Positions 20,215 through 29,542 of a DNA stretch of 64,000 nucleotides are shown one piece after another. Numbering within the stretch: position 1 is the stretch's first letter; the number at the start of each line of letters is the position of its first letter. This stretch comes from Phycisphaerales bacterium. Its GTDB lineage: Bacteria > Planctomycetota > Phycisphaerae > Phycisphaerales > UBA5793. The notes under the pieces were generated by a model. That model was not told the origin of the DNA. It did not search any database and saw only the letters and a list, made by a program, of their open reading frames with translations. Both the position numbers and the translations under genes were made by a program. The stretch spans positions 13,458 to 77,457 of the forward strand of contig JBGASM010000007.1 in NCBI GenBank assembly GCA_044229655.1. Direction: 5' to 3'.

Positions 20215-21588
20215 CTACGGCATAAAGCGACGGAAAATGTTGCAGCCGTTCACGCCGCCGAACCCGAACGCATTGGAAAGCACGCAGTTCACTGGCCGCG
20301 ACTCCGCACGTCCCCGCACCACATGCAGCCCCTCAATGCAGGGGTCCGGGTCATCCAGGTTGATCACCGGCGGAACCGTATTGTGAATGATTGCCTGCAC
20401 CGAGTTGACGCTGGCGATCGCCCCCGAGGCGCCGATGGGGTGTCCCATCATCGACTTTGGAGCCGTGATCGCGATCTTCGGAGCGTGCTCGCCGAACACG
20501 GCACGAATGGCGATCGCTTCCGCAGGGTCGCCGGTGTCCGTCGCCGTGGCATGTGCGAAAATCGTGTCGATTTCAGTCGGGGCGATCCCTGCGTTCCGAA
20601 TCGCCGCCTGCATCGCGACCGCCGAACCGTCGCCTTCAGGATCCGGTGTGTAAAGGCTCGTCGCGTTTCCCGAGCCTCCCACCCCGATCACCTCGGCCCG
20701 GATCGGTGCGCCGCGCTGAAGCGCGTGCTCAAGCGTCTCGAGAACGAACACGCCTGCGCCTTCGCCGATGACGAAGCCTGACCGGTTCTTGTCAAAAGGC
20801 TTGCTCGCGTGGTGCGGATCCGTGTGATGCGTTGTCAACGCCCGCATCGCGTGCAGGAATCGGATGCAATAGTGATCGACAATTCCTTCCGCGCCGCCGG
20901 CAATCGCCACTTGGGCGTGCCCCCGCGCCAGCCAGCGGAAGGCGCGCTCGATCGCCTTCGTGCCCGAGCAGCACGCCGTTGAAATCGTCGACCGTGGGCC
21001 GTGCGCGCCGAAGTAATGTCCCATCACGCGCGACAACGCGTCGTACCGCAGCCGCTCCATCGTGTCTTGGGGATTGACCGCCCGTGGATCGTCCTTCCAC
21101 ACCACCGGGAAGATCCATTCCGTCAGGCACCAGTCGCCGTGCGCATTGGCCATCGACACCGCCGCGTCGCGCAGCATCGGATCCCGCGGCCGAAGACCGG
21201 CATGAAGCACCGCCTCCGTTCCCGCGACCAGGCCGAGGTTTGCGAATCGCGCGTTCTTTCCTGCGACCAGTTTGCCGAGGATCGATTCCGCGTCCAATCC
21301 CACCACCTGGCCCGCCACCTTGATTGGGTAGTCCAGATCACCGAATATGGAGATGCGCCGCACGCCGGATTGCCCATTCGCAAGGCTGGTCCACGTCTCC
21401 GCCGCGTTCAGGCCGATGCACGTCACCAGGCCGTAGCCCGTGACCACAACCCGATTTCGACCTTTTGCATCTTGCAATCGCACGCAGTGACTCTCCGCCC
21501 GGTTCGCCTCCCGGGACCATGACAATAGCGCATCGCGCCGAATTATTCGTCCGCGCCCGCCCCGCCTCTCTCCATCGACGAAGTGCAC
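20215..21588 (-). CDS. beta-ketoacyl-ACP synthase family protein (KAS I/II type, Cys-His-His)
   Basis: RVVVTGYGLVTCIGLNAAETW. Active-site ISTACCSG. HATATDTGDPAE. KSMMGHPIGASG. C-terminal NAFGFGGVN. The true start is probably downstream of the ORF start, for example GTG at 21483. Confidence 0.85.
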   Translation of the reverse strand: MHFVDGERRGGRGRIIRRDALLSWSREANRAESHCVRLQDAKGRNRVVVTGYGLVTCIGLNAAETWTSLANGQSGVRRISIFGDLDYPIKVAGQVVGLDAESILGKLVAGKNARFANLGLVAGTEAVLHAGLRPRDPMLRDAAVSMANAHGDWCLTEWIFPVVWKDDPRAVNPQDTMERLRYDALSRVMGHYFGAHGPRSTISTACCSGTKAIERAFRWLARGHAQVAIAGGAEGIVDHYCIRFLHAMRALTTHHTDPHHASKPFDKNRSGFVIGEGAGVFVLETLEHALQRGAPIRAEVIGVGGSGNATSLYTPDPEGDGSAVAMQAAIRNAGIAPTEIDTIFAHATATDTGDPAEAIAIRAVFGEHAPKIAITAPKSMMGHPIGASGAIASVNSVQAIIHNTVPPVINLDDPDPCIEGLHVVRGRAESRPVNCVLSNAFGFGGVNGCNIFRRFMP

Positions 21589-21800
21589 GTCGGAATGAAA
21601 TGGCCCCGCTCCTCACGATTCCTGCGCAAGTTCTGCACGACTCAATAACCGATCCCGCGTCATTTCCTCATCCGTGCTCCCCGGGCTCGTCAACGTGAAC
21701 CGCCGCCTCGCCGATCTGTGTTTGGATGCGGACATTGTCCTATTGTTCGCGTTTCTGGTGTCCTCGCGTCGGGGGTGAACGAAAGTAGCAGCGTTGTATC

Positions 21801-23729
21801 ATGCGTGAATTCTGGGAACTTTGCCGCCGGGCCCTCAAGTACCGGTGGCGCATCCTCCTTGGCTTTACTGCCGCCCTCCTCAGTGCGGCCTGCGGTGCCC
21901 TCGGGCTCGCCGCCTTCATGCCCATCCTCAAGGTCCTCTTCGCGACAGAATCCAAGACGACCTTTCACGACTTCGTCGCCAACCTCGATGCCGGCAAGGC
22001 CCACGGCTGGATTCCGGATTGGTTCATTAACGCGATTCCCGTCGATCGTTACCAGGGCTTTCTCATGCTCCTGGCCCTGGTCCTCTCGATTTCGATCTTT
22101 GGTGCGCTCATGCGCATCGTGCAGTACTACGTCGTAATGTGGATCACGATTCAGACGATCAACGACATCCGCGTCACGATCTTCGGCCGCATGATGCGCC
22201 TTCCCATCAGCAGCCTCCAATCCTCCACCATGCCTGTGACCGAAAAGGTCAGCCGCCTGATTCGTGATACCAATCAGCTCCAGCGCGGCATGCTCGCCCT
22301 CTCCGGCAAAACCCTGGCCGAAGCCCTCAAAGGCATCGGCGCTGTCACCGTCGCCGTCCTTTACAATTGGCAGCTCTCCGTGATCGCTCTGCTGGCGGCC
22401 CCCTTCCTCGTCGGGTTTTACCGCTGGCATGGCAAACGCCTCCGTCGCGCCGCCCGGGCCGTCCTTGCCCAGTCTGCACGCATGCTGTCCACAATCACCC
22501 AGTCGCTTCAGGGCGTCCGCGTCGTCAAAGTCCACGCCGCCGAACGCTTTGAAGTGGGCCGCCTCCGGCGCGTCACCGAAGATGTGATGGCCGCTGACCT
22601 CCCCCTCCGCTGGGCGAAATCCACTGCCTCCCCCATGATTGAGATCATGGCTTTTACGACATTCTGCGGCGTCTCCGCCTGGGCCTATTGGCGCGTCGTG
22701 CAGGGAACCATGGACCCCGCCGTTGTCCTCAACACGCTCCTGGCGCTCGGCGTTGGCATCATGTCCCTGCGTCAGTTCACCTTCATGTACACCGAAGTCC
22801 ATGAGTCGGCCGCCGCTGCCGAACGCCTCCAGGAGTCCTACAACCTCACCCCCGAGCGTCCGCACGGCGAGATGAAGCCCCACCTCAACCGCTGCGTTTC
22901 TGACATTACCTTCAAGGACATCTGGTTCACCTATCCCGGCGCCGAGAAGCCTGCGCTGCGCGGCATCAACCTCCGTATCGGCGCGGGCCAGACCTTCGCC
23001 TTTGTCGGCCCGAACGGATGCGGCAAGACCACCCTCCTCGCGCTCCTTCCCCACCTCTACCCCACGACCAAGGGGCACGTGCTCATTGACGGCAATGACA
23101 TCGAGAAATTCAACCTGCGCAGCCTCCGCAAGCAGATTGCCGTCGTCACTCAGGAAACCGTCCTCTTCAACGACACCATCGCCAACAACGTCACCTACGG
23201 ACTTTCCAACATCCCTCGCAGCCAGGTTGAAGAGGTCGCCCGCCGCGCATACGCGGACCAGTTCATCCTCGACAAGCCCCAGGGCTACGACACCGTCCTC
23301 GGAGAACAGGGACTCGGCCTTTCCGGCGGCCAGCGCCAGCGCCTGGCCATCGCCCGCGCCATGCTTCGCGATCCTGCCATCCTCATCCTCGACGAAGCCA
23401 CGAGCATGATCGACGCCGAGACCGAGGCGCTGATCACCAAGGCCCTCGACGGATTCTGCAAGGGGCGCACCTCGCTGGTCATTGCCCACCGCCTCAGCAC
23501 GGTTGTCAACGCTGACCAGATTGTCGTCATGAACTTCGGCCAGATCGTCGATCAGGGAACGCACTCCGAGCTTCTGGATCGCTGCGTCCTGTATCAACAG
23601 CTTTGCAAAACGCAACTGGTCAGCGACGACGGTGAAGACAACACCGGCGGCAGCCCGGTTCTGGCATCCCCGAGCCCCAAAGCGCCCGACAGCGACCTTG
23701 CCAAGCTCATCGCCGACGATGAAATGTGA
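21801..23729 (+). CDS. ABC transporter permease/ATP-binding protein (ABCB/MsbA-like half transporter)
   Basis: 642 aa with six N-terminal helices. Walker A GPNGCGKTT, signature LSGGQRQRLAIARAML, Walker B ILILDEATSMID, H-loop VIAHRLST. Confidence 0.9.
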   Translation: MREFWELCRRALKYRWRILLGFTAALLSAACGALGLAAFMPILKVLFATESKTTFHDFVANLDAGKAHGWIPDWFINAIPVDRYQGFLMLLALVLSISIFGALMRIVQYYVVMWITIQTINDIRVTIFGRMMRLPISSLQSSTMPVTEKVSRLIRDTNQLQRGMLALSGKTLAEALKGIGAVTVAVLYNWQLSVIALLAAPFLVGFYRWHGKRLRRAARAVLAQSARMLSTITQSLQGVRVVKVHAAERFEVGRLRRVTEDVMAADLPLRWAKSTASPMIEIMAFTTFCGVSAWAYWRVVQGTMDPAVVLNTLLALGVGIMSLRQFTFMYTEVHESAAAAERLQESYNLTPERPHGEMKPHLNRCVSDITFKDIWFTYPGAEKPALRGINLRIGAGQTFAFVGPNGCGKTTLLALLPHLYPTTKGHVLIDGNDIEKFNLRSLRKQIAVVTQETVLFNDTIANNVTYGLSNIPRSQVEEVARRAYADQFILDKPQGYDTVLGEQGLGLSGGQRQRLAIARAMLRDPAILILDEATSMIDAETEALITKALDGFCKGRTSLVIAHRLSTVVNADQIVVMNFGQIVDQGTHSELLDRCVLYQQLCKTQLVSDDGEDNTGGSPVLASPSPKAPDSDLAKLIADDEM

Positions 23730-23825
23730 TCTCCGGATGGCGCTGAACGTGTCGCAATGGCAAGCGACGGATCGCCTCTTTACCTATGATTGAGGCTCGT
23801 GGCGCTCGGAGTCTCGGAGAATCGC

Positions 23826-25061
23826 ATGCCTGCCCCTCAGCCTGCTTCAACAGAGCCCTCTTTGCCCTCGGAAACCGGCGCAGCCGCCGCCTCCAAAATC
23901 GCTTTCAAGGACATTCGGCTCAAGCCTTTTGGTGTCGAAGACCTCGATGCCCTTCCCGCGCTGCTTCGCGATTGCCTCGGCAGAGACGAACCCGCCTCGT
24001 GGCTCCGCTGGAAGTTCTTCGAGAACCCCTTTGGCGGGATGCTCGGCTTCATCGTCGCGTATCACGGCGATCGCCTGGTCGGCTTCATCGGCGCCAACCC
24101 AGTCCCTTTTTCGCTCGATGGCGAACTCTCCATGGTCTATCAGCACCAGGACACCGCCATCGCGGAAGATGCCCGTTCCCTGGCCCTGCTTCGCGGGATG
24201 ACCAAGGCCGCCGAAGCACTCCAGGGCGAAGACGGGTCCGTTCGCTTGACCTATTCAATCACCACGCCGCACATGCGCGAACTTGTCACCAAGCGCATGA
24301 AGTACACCGTCGTCTGGGAAAACCTCAAGATGGTGAAACTCCTCTCGCTGCGCGGCTACGTGAGCAAGGCCACCCGCTCCGCCGCACTCACGCGCCTGAT
24401 GCCTGGCCCCCTGGGGCGCTCCTTCAAGGCCCCCGCCTCCATGTCCGGTGAGGTTCGGCCTGTCTCTCGATTTGGTCCCGAGTTCGATGAGTTCTGGAAA
24501 CACGCGAATCGGCCCGGCGACGAGTTCGGCCGCGTCTTCCCCTGGCAGGACTCGCGCTGGCTCAATTACAAGTTCTTCGGCGATGAGGTCGTCGCTTTCG
24601 AACCGTTCGCATATTTCGAGGGCGGCAAGGTCATCGGGTATCTCGTCTTGAATGTGACTCGCCTCGACGTGCGCATCGGCTACATCGACGCCCTCTGGGC
24701 CCTTCCGGGCCGTCAAGACGTCATCACGCTTCTTAGTGATTTCGCGTTGGCCACCCTCACCCAGCGCAAATGCGATCAGGTCAGTTGCTGGACCCGCCCC
24801 GATGCTCCCCTGGGGAAGGCCCTGGCGGATCGCGGGCTCCAGGTCCGCCCCACGCCCCAGTGCCTCTCCATCAAGCAGCTCGCGCCCGGCATGGGTGACC
24901 TCGGGCTGGTCGGTTCCCACTGGAACCTGCAGCGCGGTCACACCTACTACACCTCTCTGGGTCACCTGTCCGCCGAGGCCGGCCAGCAGCGACTGTACAA
25001 GGCCAAGGCCGCTCGCGATGAGCAACGCTCACGCAAACTGCGCGAGAAGTCCGGCGACTGA
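23826..25061 (+). CDS. GNAT-like acyltransferase-fold protein (two-lobed), function unknown
   Basis: The ATG at 23826 is preceded by GGAGA. The N-terminal lobe (FKDIRLKPFGVEDLDALPALLRDCLG...WLRWKFFENPFG...GFIVAYHGDRLVGFIGA) and a second lobe (FEGGKVIGYLVLNV...IGYIDALWA) resemble GNAT/FemAB-like acetyltransferase folds. The assignment is by pattern only. Confidence 0.45.
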   Translation: MPAPQPASTEPSLPSETGAAAASKIAFKDIRLKPFGVEDLDALPALLRDCLGRDEPASWLRWKFFENPFGGMLGFIVAYHGDRLVGFIGANPVPFSLDGELSMVYQHQDTAIAEDARSLALLRGMTKAAEALQGEDGSVRLTYSITTPHMRELVTKRMKYTVVWENLKMVKLLSLRGYVSKATRSAALTRLMPGPLGRSFKAPASMSGEVRPVSRFGPEFDEFWKHANRPGDEFGRVFPWQDSRWLNYKFFGDEVVAFEPFAYFEGGKVIGYLVLNVTRLDVRIGYIDALWALPGRQDVITLLSDFALATLTQRKCDQVSCWTRPDAPLGKALADRGLQVRPTPQCLSIKQLAPGMGDLGLVGSHWNLQRGHTYYTSLGHLSAEAGQQRLYKAKAARDEQRSRKLREKSGD

Positions 25062-25080
25062 CTCTCCCCCTCGGTCCTGT

Positions 25081-25845
25081 TCAAACCTCCAGCGCTCCCA
25101 GCAGCGGCCGCATCGTCGGCAGTTCCCTGTGCAGCACCGTCCTCACATACGCGGCCAGCAGTCGATTCGCTCGCTCTACTGAGGTTGCATCAGCGTTCAT
25201 TGCCGTGGCTTCGCCCCCGGTACATTGCTCTGCTTCCCTCAGCGCTGCCACTGTCTCAGCCCGCACTCGCCAGATGTCCGACAGCCGCGAGTTTGCCTCC
25301 GTGTCATCCACCAGCCCGCCCGCGCTGGCTGAAAAGTGCAGTGTGCCCGCCATCCCGATCGCCTTCCCAGTTCGCGCATCCCGGTCCACGATCGGCTGGA
25401 ATCCGCTCTCCCGCAGCGCAGCCCACTGCAGCCGCAGCACGACCCTGCCCATTGCCTGGTCACCGCTCTGCAGCCCTCGCAGGCACTCCACCAGCGCATC
25501 GTACAGCGCGGGATGCGGATCCTGCTCTTGCAGCAACGAACCCGTCAGATCGGCAAAGTACATCGCCGCGTTGAACCCGCGCAGCGATCGCGCTGTCGCG
25601 GGAAAAATCTCCAGCAGATTCCAGTCCGTCAGCGTCGCCAGGTCCCTGCCGCTCTTGAGCGATGCTCCGATTTCCCCGCGCGTCAGCAGCTCGATACCCC
25701 CCGAGAAACTCCCCTTCTCGCGCCGCGCGCCTTTCGCCAGGCCGCGGATCAGCCCGTGTTCCCGCATGAACAGCCACACCGTCTGACTCGTTTCCGAGAA
25801 ATCCCAGTGGCGGATGCACACAGCCTCGTCGCGGATCATCGGCAT
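25081..25845 (-). CDS. recO: DNA repair protein RecO
   Basis: The N-terminal OB-fold pattern DEAVCIRHWDFSETSQTVWLFMREHGLIRGLAKGARREKGSF and the overall length of 254 aa fit RecO. Confidence 0.85.
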   Translation of the reverse strand: MPMIRDEAVCIRHWDFSETSQTVWLFMREHGLIRGLAKGARREKGSFSGGIELLTRGEIGASLKSGRDLATLTDWNLLEIFPATARSLRGFNAAMYFADLTGSLLQEQDPHPALYDALVECLRGLQSGDQAMGRVVLRLQWAALRESGFQPIVDRDARTGKAIGMAGTLHFSASAGGLVDDTEANSRLSDIWRVRAETVAALREAEQCTGGEATAMNADATSVERANRLLAAYVRTVLHRELPTMRPLLGALEV

Positions 25846-25947
25846 GAATCGAACGGTCCAGCCTGGACAAAAATTAATGTCGTTCCCGCGGCGATGAGAA
25901 CTTCAGGTGCCGGCAGGTGCGGTCAACGTCGCAACTGTACACCTGTC

Positions 25948-26580
25948 TCACGCATCGACTCCCGCCCAGCGCCGGCGCGCACGTGTGTACTCTTCGGGAG
26001 TGTTCATCGTCAGCACTGTGCCCTCATCCTCCACCGGCAGTCGGACCCGCTTGTGGGGGTTCTCTCGCCAGTATTGTGCCAGCCCGCCCTCTCCCCGCCA
26101 GCCCGCAATCTCTTCCCACAATGACCTTGGGATCAGCACGGGGTGTCCCCCTTTGCCGTGGTACACTGGCATGACTGCAGCGTCTTCCCTGGCCCCGTCG
26201 AGAACCGCCTGCACCGTCCCTGCATGCACCACCGGGTGATCTCCGGGATGGACAAGCGCGTGCGAGATGTGTCCTGCTCCGCGAGTGAGCGACTCCAGTC
26301 CCGCGCGCAGGGAATCCATCTGTTCCGCCCTGCCATCCACCCGGATCTCGTGGTACGCAATCCCCGCCAACGCATTCGCCACGCCTGCCGACTCCTCGTC
26401 CACCGTCACGTGGACGCCGCCTCGCGCCGCCGCCATCAGGCTCTCCGCCGCGCAGCGGATCACGCTCGTTCCGTCCGCGCGCCACGCAAGCAGCATCTTG
26501 GCAGTCCCCATTCGGCGCGACCTCCCGCCCGCCAGCACCAGGACCGCGACCTCTTCTGCCCGCACGCACAGTCCGCCCAT
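25948..26580 (-). CDS. MobA/MocA-like nucleotidyltransferase (molybdenum cofactor cytidylyl/guanylyl-transferase family)
   Basis: VLVLAGGRSRRMGTAKMLL, then HPGDHPVV and GKGGHPVLIPRSLW...LTMNTPEEY. This pattern is typical of NTP_transf_3 proteins. I chose the ATG at 26580 to avoid overlap with the upstream OMP gene. The ORF extends to 26610. Confidence 0.7.
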   Translation of the reverse strand: MGGLCVRAEEVAVLVLAGGRSRRMGTAKMLLAWRADGTSVIRCAAESLMAAARGGVHVTVDEESAGVANALAGIAYHEIRVDGRAEQMDSLRAGLESLTRGAGHISHALVHPGDHPVVHAGTVQAVLDGAREDAAVMPVYHGKGGHPVLIPRSLWEEIAGWRGEGGLAQYWRENPHKRVRLPVEDEGTVLTMNTPEEYTRARRRWAGVDA

Positions 26581-26590
26581 GCCGCTGTCC

Positions 26591-27469
26591 TCAGAACTTG
26601 ATCTGCGCACCGAGCATCAGCCCCGCCAGCCGCCCGTCGAACTCGTACGCACTCGCCGCCGAATCGTCATCCACCGAGAAGTCGAGCTGGTGGTAGCCGA
26701 AGGTCAATCCCACATTCGGGTTCAAAAACCAGTTGATCGTGAAGTCCACGCCCACCGTGGACAGATCGCCGTCTCCTGCGATCGGGAACCCGCCCGTTAC
26801 CGTGAGCCCCACGTCCCACATCGTGCCGCCTGGCTCGCCCGCGTCCGTGACCACGGACAACCGCACCCCGCCTTCCAGCGCCGCACTCCACTCGTCGTAT
26901 TCCGCCAGGCTGCCCCCCGACGGCAGCACAGTGTGGTCGATATTCAGGCCCCGCCCGCCCACGAATGCATGAAGACGCAGATCGGTGCGCTCCGATTCGG
27001 TCAGCAGGTTCTCGAACAGGTCGTAGCCCACATAGGCAGCCAGGTTCGTCGCGCCGAATTCGCTGTGCACGTCCGTGCCCGATCCGACCACAGTCCCGTT
27101 GAGTGTGATGGGCCCGCTCAGCGTCGTGTCCGCCTCCGCGTTCGTGTCGAACAGATTCACGAACACGAGCCATCGGTCTTTGCGCCAGTCGATTTCACCC
27201 AGGAATGACGCTTCACCATCATCCAACCCGAGGTCGTCATCGACATTCAGGGTCGTTGCGCCCCCGCCCCCGAAATCCGCATCTCCCGACAGCGAGGCGA
27301 ACCACACATCCGCTCGCACCGCAAATTCTCCGATCTCCGCGCTGCTTCCGGGCTCTTCCGCTTCTGACTGCTCCTGCGCGTGGGCCGCCGAGCATGCCAG
27401 CAGTCCCGCCAGCAAGCCCCTGTGCATGGCGAACCTTACCATGCGCGCGCGATCCATAAGTTCCTTCAT
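26591..27469 (-). CDS. outer-membrane beta-barrel protein (predicted)
   Basis: Signal peptide MKELMDRARMVRFAMHRGLLAGLLACSAAHAQE. The body has alternating beta-strand-like segments rich in G, D, T and aromatics. The C-terminus ends ...GLMLGAQIKF (terminal Phe). The track ORF extends to 27715, but the upstream part is not signal-like. Confidence 0.55.
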   Translation of the reverse strand: MKELMDRARMVRFAMHRGLLAGLLACSAAHAQEQSEAEEPGSSAEIGEFAVRADVWFASLSGDADFGGGGATTLNVDDDLGLDDGEASFLGEIDWRKDRWLVFVNLFDTNAEADTTLSGPITLNGTVVGSGTDVHSEFGATNLAAYVGYDLFENLLTESERTDLRLHAFVGGRGLNIDHTVLPSGGSLAEYDEWSAALEGGVRLSVVTDAGEPGGTMWDVGLTVTGGFPIAGDGDLSTVGVDFTINWFLNPNVGLTFGYHQLDFSVDDDSAASAYEFDGRLAGLMLGAQIKF

Positions 27470-27680
27470 GTCGCCGACTCCTTCGAAAGTACGTCCGCCA
27501 GCGTAGCCCTCTGGTTCGGCCCTGCAATCGCCGTTCCCTCCATTTTCTTCCCGAGATTGAAAAAGAAAAAAAAGCCGCCTTTTCTCAACCGCGCGCAGCC
27601 CCCGCTCGTATAAGTCATCAGCACGCTCGGCGTGTCTCGTGGGTGATCTTGGATGGTCCTGCTCTACTGAGGAATTGACC

Positions 27681-28238
27681 GTGATCACCACCCGCGCAGC
27701 GCTCGACTCTCTCAATCAAATCCGCTCCCGCCTCCTGCAGACGCCGGAAGTCTTCGCCGTCATGCTCGATGCGCTTCCGGGTGATTTCGCCGACTGGCGC
27801 CCCAGTGACGATCGCTGGAGCTTGCAGGAGATTCTCAAGCACCTGCTGCTCTGCGAACTGCACGTCTTCCGTCCCCGCGCCTTGGCGCTGCTCAATGGCA
27901 GCCGCCCCGTCCTCCCTGCGGTCGATCCCGACTCGCTCCTGCGCGACCACGGATCGGACTTCCCAGATGACCCTGAGCTGTTGCTCGAAATCTGGCGTGT
28001 CGAGCGTGCTGAATCCCTCGAACTCCTTCACAATGCCACTGAAACTGACATGACTCGGGTCGCAGTTCACGCCCAGGCCGGGCTCATCACCCTGAGCGAA
28101 CTGATGCACAAGTGGATCTGTCACGATTTCGAACACCTCCGCCAGATTTCGCGCTATGCGGTTTGGTACGAAGCCCCCTCCACCGGCCCGCTTCGCAAAC
28201 TCATTTCCGACTCCGCTCCTGCCGCGCAGAACTTGTGA
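27681..28238 (+). CDS. DinB-family (four-helix bundle) protein
   Basis: WSLQEILKHLLLCELHVFRPRA and the C-terminal HDFEHLRQI fit the DinB_2 His-triad pattern. GTG at 27681 is preceded by GAGGA 7 nt upstream. The track ORF starts at 27639. Confidence 0.6.
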   Translation: MITTRAALDSLNQIRSRLLQTPEVFAVMLDALPGDFADWRPSDDRWSLQEILKHLLLCELHVFRPRALALLNGSRPVLPAVDPDSLLRDHGSDFPDDPELLLEIWRVERAESLELLHNATETDMTRVAVHAQAGLITLSELMHKWICHDFEHLRQISRYAVWYEAPSTGPLRKLISDSAPAAQNL

Positions 28239-28290
28239 TCCTGCTCGATAAGCAGGCGGCAATGGCATCTGAGCCCCCTAAAATCTGGTC

Positions 28291-29514
28291 ATGTCCTCCA
28301 CGGCCCGCCAGACTGCTCCCCGCATCGCCTGCGCCCTCTCGCAGGACGAAAGCGCCGACCGTGCGCTCCAGTCCATCATCGAGTCCGTTGCCCCTGAAAT
28401 GGAAGGGGCCACCGACTTGGCCATCCTCTTCTTCACAGGCGCCCACGCCGCTCACGCCGGCCGCTTGGTGAGCATGGTTCACGATGCGCTGGCGCCCGGA
28501 CTCTTGCTGGGCGTCTCGGCTGGCGGCGTCGTCGGCACCGCCAAGGACGGGGCCAAAGAGGTGGAGTCCGGCCCCGCGATTTCTCTCTTTGCCGGCCGCT
28601 TTCCCGGCGCCCAGGTCCACGGCTTTACCGACCGTGATCTCGACTGGCCCGCCACCGAGCACGAACCGGAGCGCCTCCGCTCCGCCCTTGGAATCGAGAA
28701 CCAGCCTCGCGGCCTCCTCCTCCTGGCTGATCCATTTACCCCTCTGACGCGTTTCCTGCCGTCGCTTTCATCCGCGCTGGCCGCCAACCCCGATCACGCG
28801 TTCACTCCCATCTTCGGCGGCATCGCCTCCCTCGGCCGCCGCCACGGTGAGAACCGCTTCATCTATCAGGATGAGGTCCGCGTCGGCGGCATCGTCGGCG
28901 CCTCCTTCTCCGGCTCGTTGCGCATCGACGCCCTCGTCAGCCAGGGATGCCGCCCCATTGGTCGCCCCCTCGTCGTGACCGCCGCACGCCACAACATGAT
29001 CGAGGCCCTTGCGGGTCGTCCCGCCCTCGAAGTCCTTCAGGACGTGGTCGCCGAGGTCGCCGAGGCGGACCGCAACCGGCTCCAGCACGACGGCCTGTTC
29101 ATCGGCCGCGTCGTCAATGAATACCAGCCCCGCTTCGGGCGCGGCGACTTCCTGATTCGCCCCGTCGTCGACATCGAACGCAACGCCGGATCCATCGCCG
29201 TCGGCGATCTCATGCGCGTTGGTCAGACCATCCAGTTCCACGTCCGCGACTCCCGCACCGCCGAAGAAGACTTGGAGCTTCTGCTCTCCGCCCAGCAGTT
29301 TGACGACCCGCCCGCCGGCGCCCTGCTCTTTACCTGCAATGGTCGGGGTCGCCGCTTTTTTGGTGCCGAAAGCCACGACGCCGCAGCCATACAGCGAGCC
29401 CTTCCGGGCGCACCCATTGGAGGATTCTTCGCCGCCGGCGAGATCGGCTCCGTAGGCCATCAGGCCTTCCTGCACGGACACACCGCCAGCGTCGCCCTGT
29501 TCCGATCGATGTGA
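28291..29514 (+). CDS. FIST domain protein (FIST_N + FIST_C)
   Basis: The N-terminal part has DLAILFFTGAHA...GVSAGGVVG. The C-terminal part has GALLFTCNGRGRRFFG...GGFFAAGEIG, the characteristic FIST_C ending. Confidence 0.75.
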   Translation: MSSTARQTAPRIACALSQDESADRALQSIIESVAPEMEGATDLAILFFTGAHAAHAGRLVSMVHDALAPGLLLGVSAGGVVGTAKDGAKEVESGPAISLFAGRFPGAQVHGFTDRDLDWPATEHEPERLRSALGIENQPRGLLLLADPFTPLTRFLPSLSSALAANPDHAFTPIFGGIASLGRRHGENRFIYQDEVRVGGIVGASFSGSLRIDALVSQGCRPIGRPLVVTAARHNMIEALAGRPALEVLQDVVAEVAEADRNRLQHDGLFIGRVVNEYQPRFGRGDFLIRPVVDIERNAGSIAVGDLMRVGQTIQFHVRDSRTAEEDLELLLSAQQFDDPPAGALLFTCNGRGRRFFGAESHDAAAIQRALPGAPIGGFFAAGEIGSVGHQAFLHGHTASVALFRSM

Positions 29515-29542
29515 CCGGCCGTTGCGTGGAGCCCTGTTCCTC

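Noticed and set aside
21690-23615. 641-aa minus-strand ORF opposite the MsbA-like ABC gene.
   Set aside because: The plus strand carries complete Walker A, signature and Walker B motifs. The minus-strand product is Gly/Asp/Ala-rich and has no motifs.
27545-27600. A-rich run (GAAAAAGAAAAAAAAGCCGCC) between the OMP gene and the DinB gene, considered as a terminator or regulatory element.
   Set aside because: It lies in a divergent promoter region, there is no convincing stem-loop, and a poly-A tract alone is not diagnostic.
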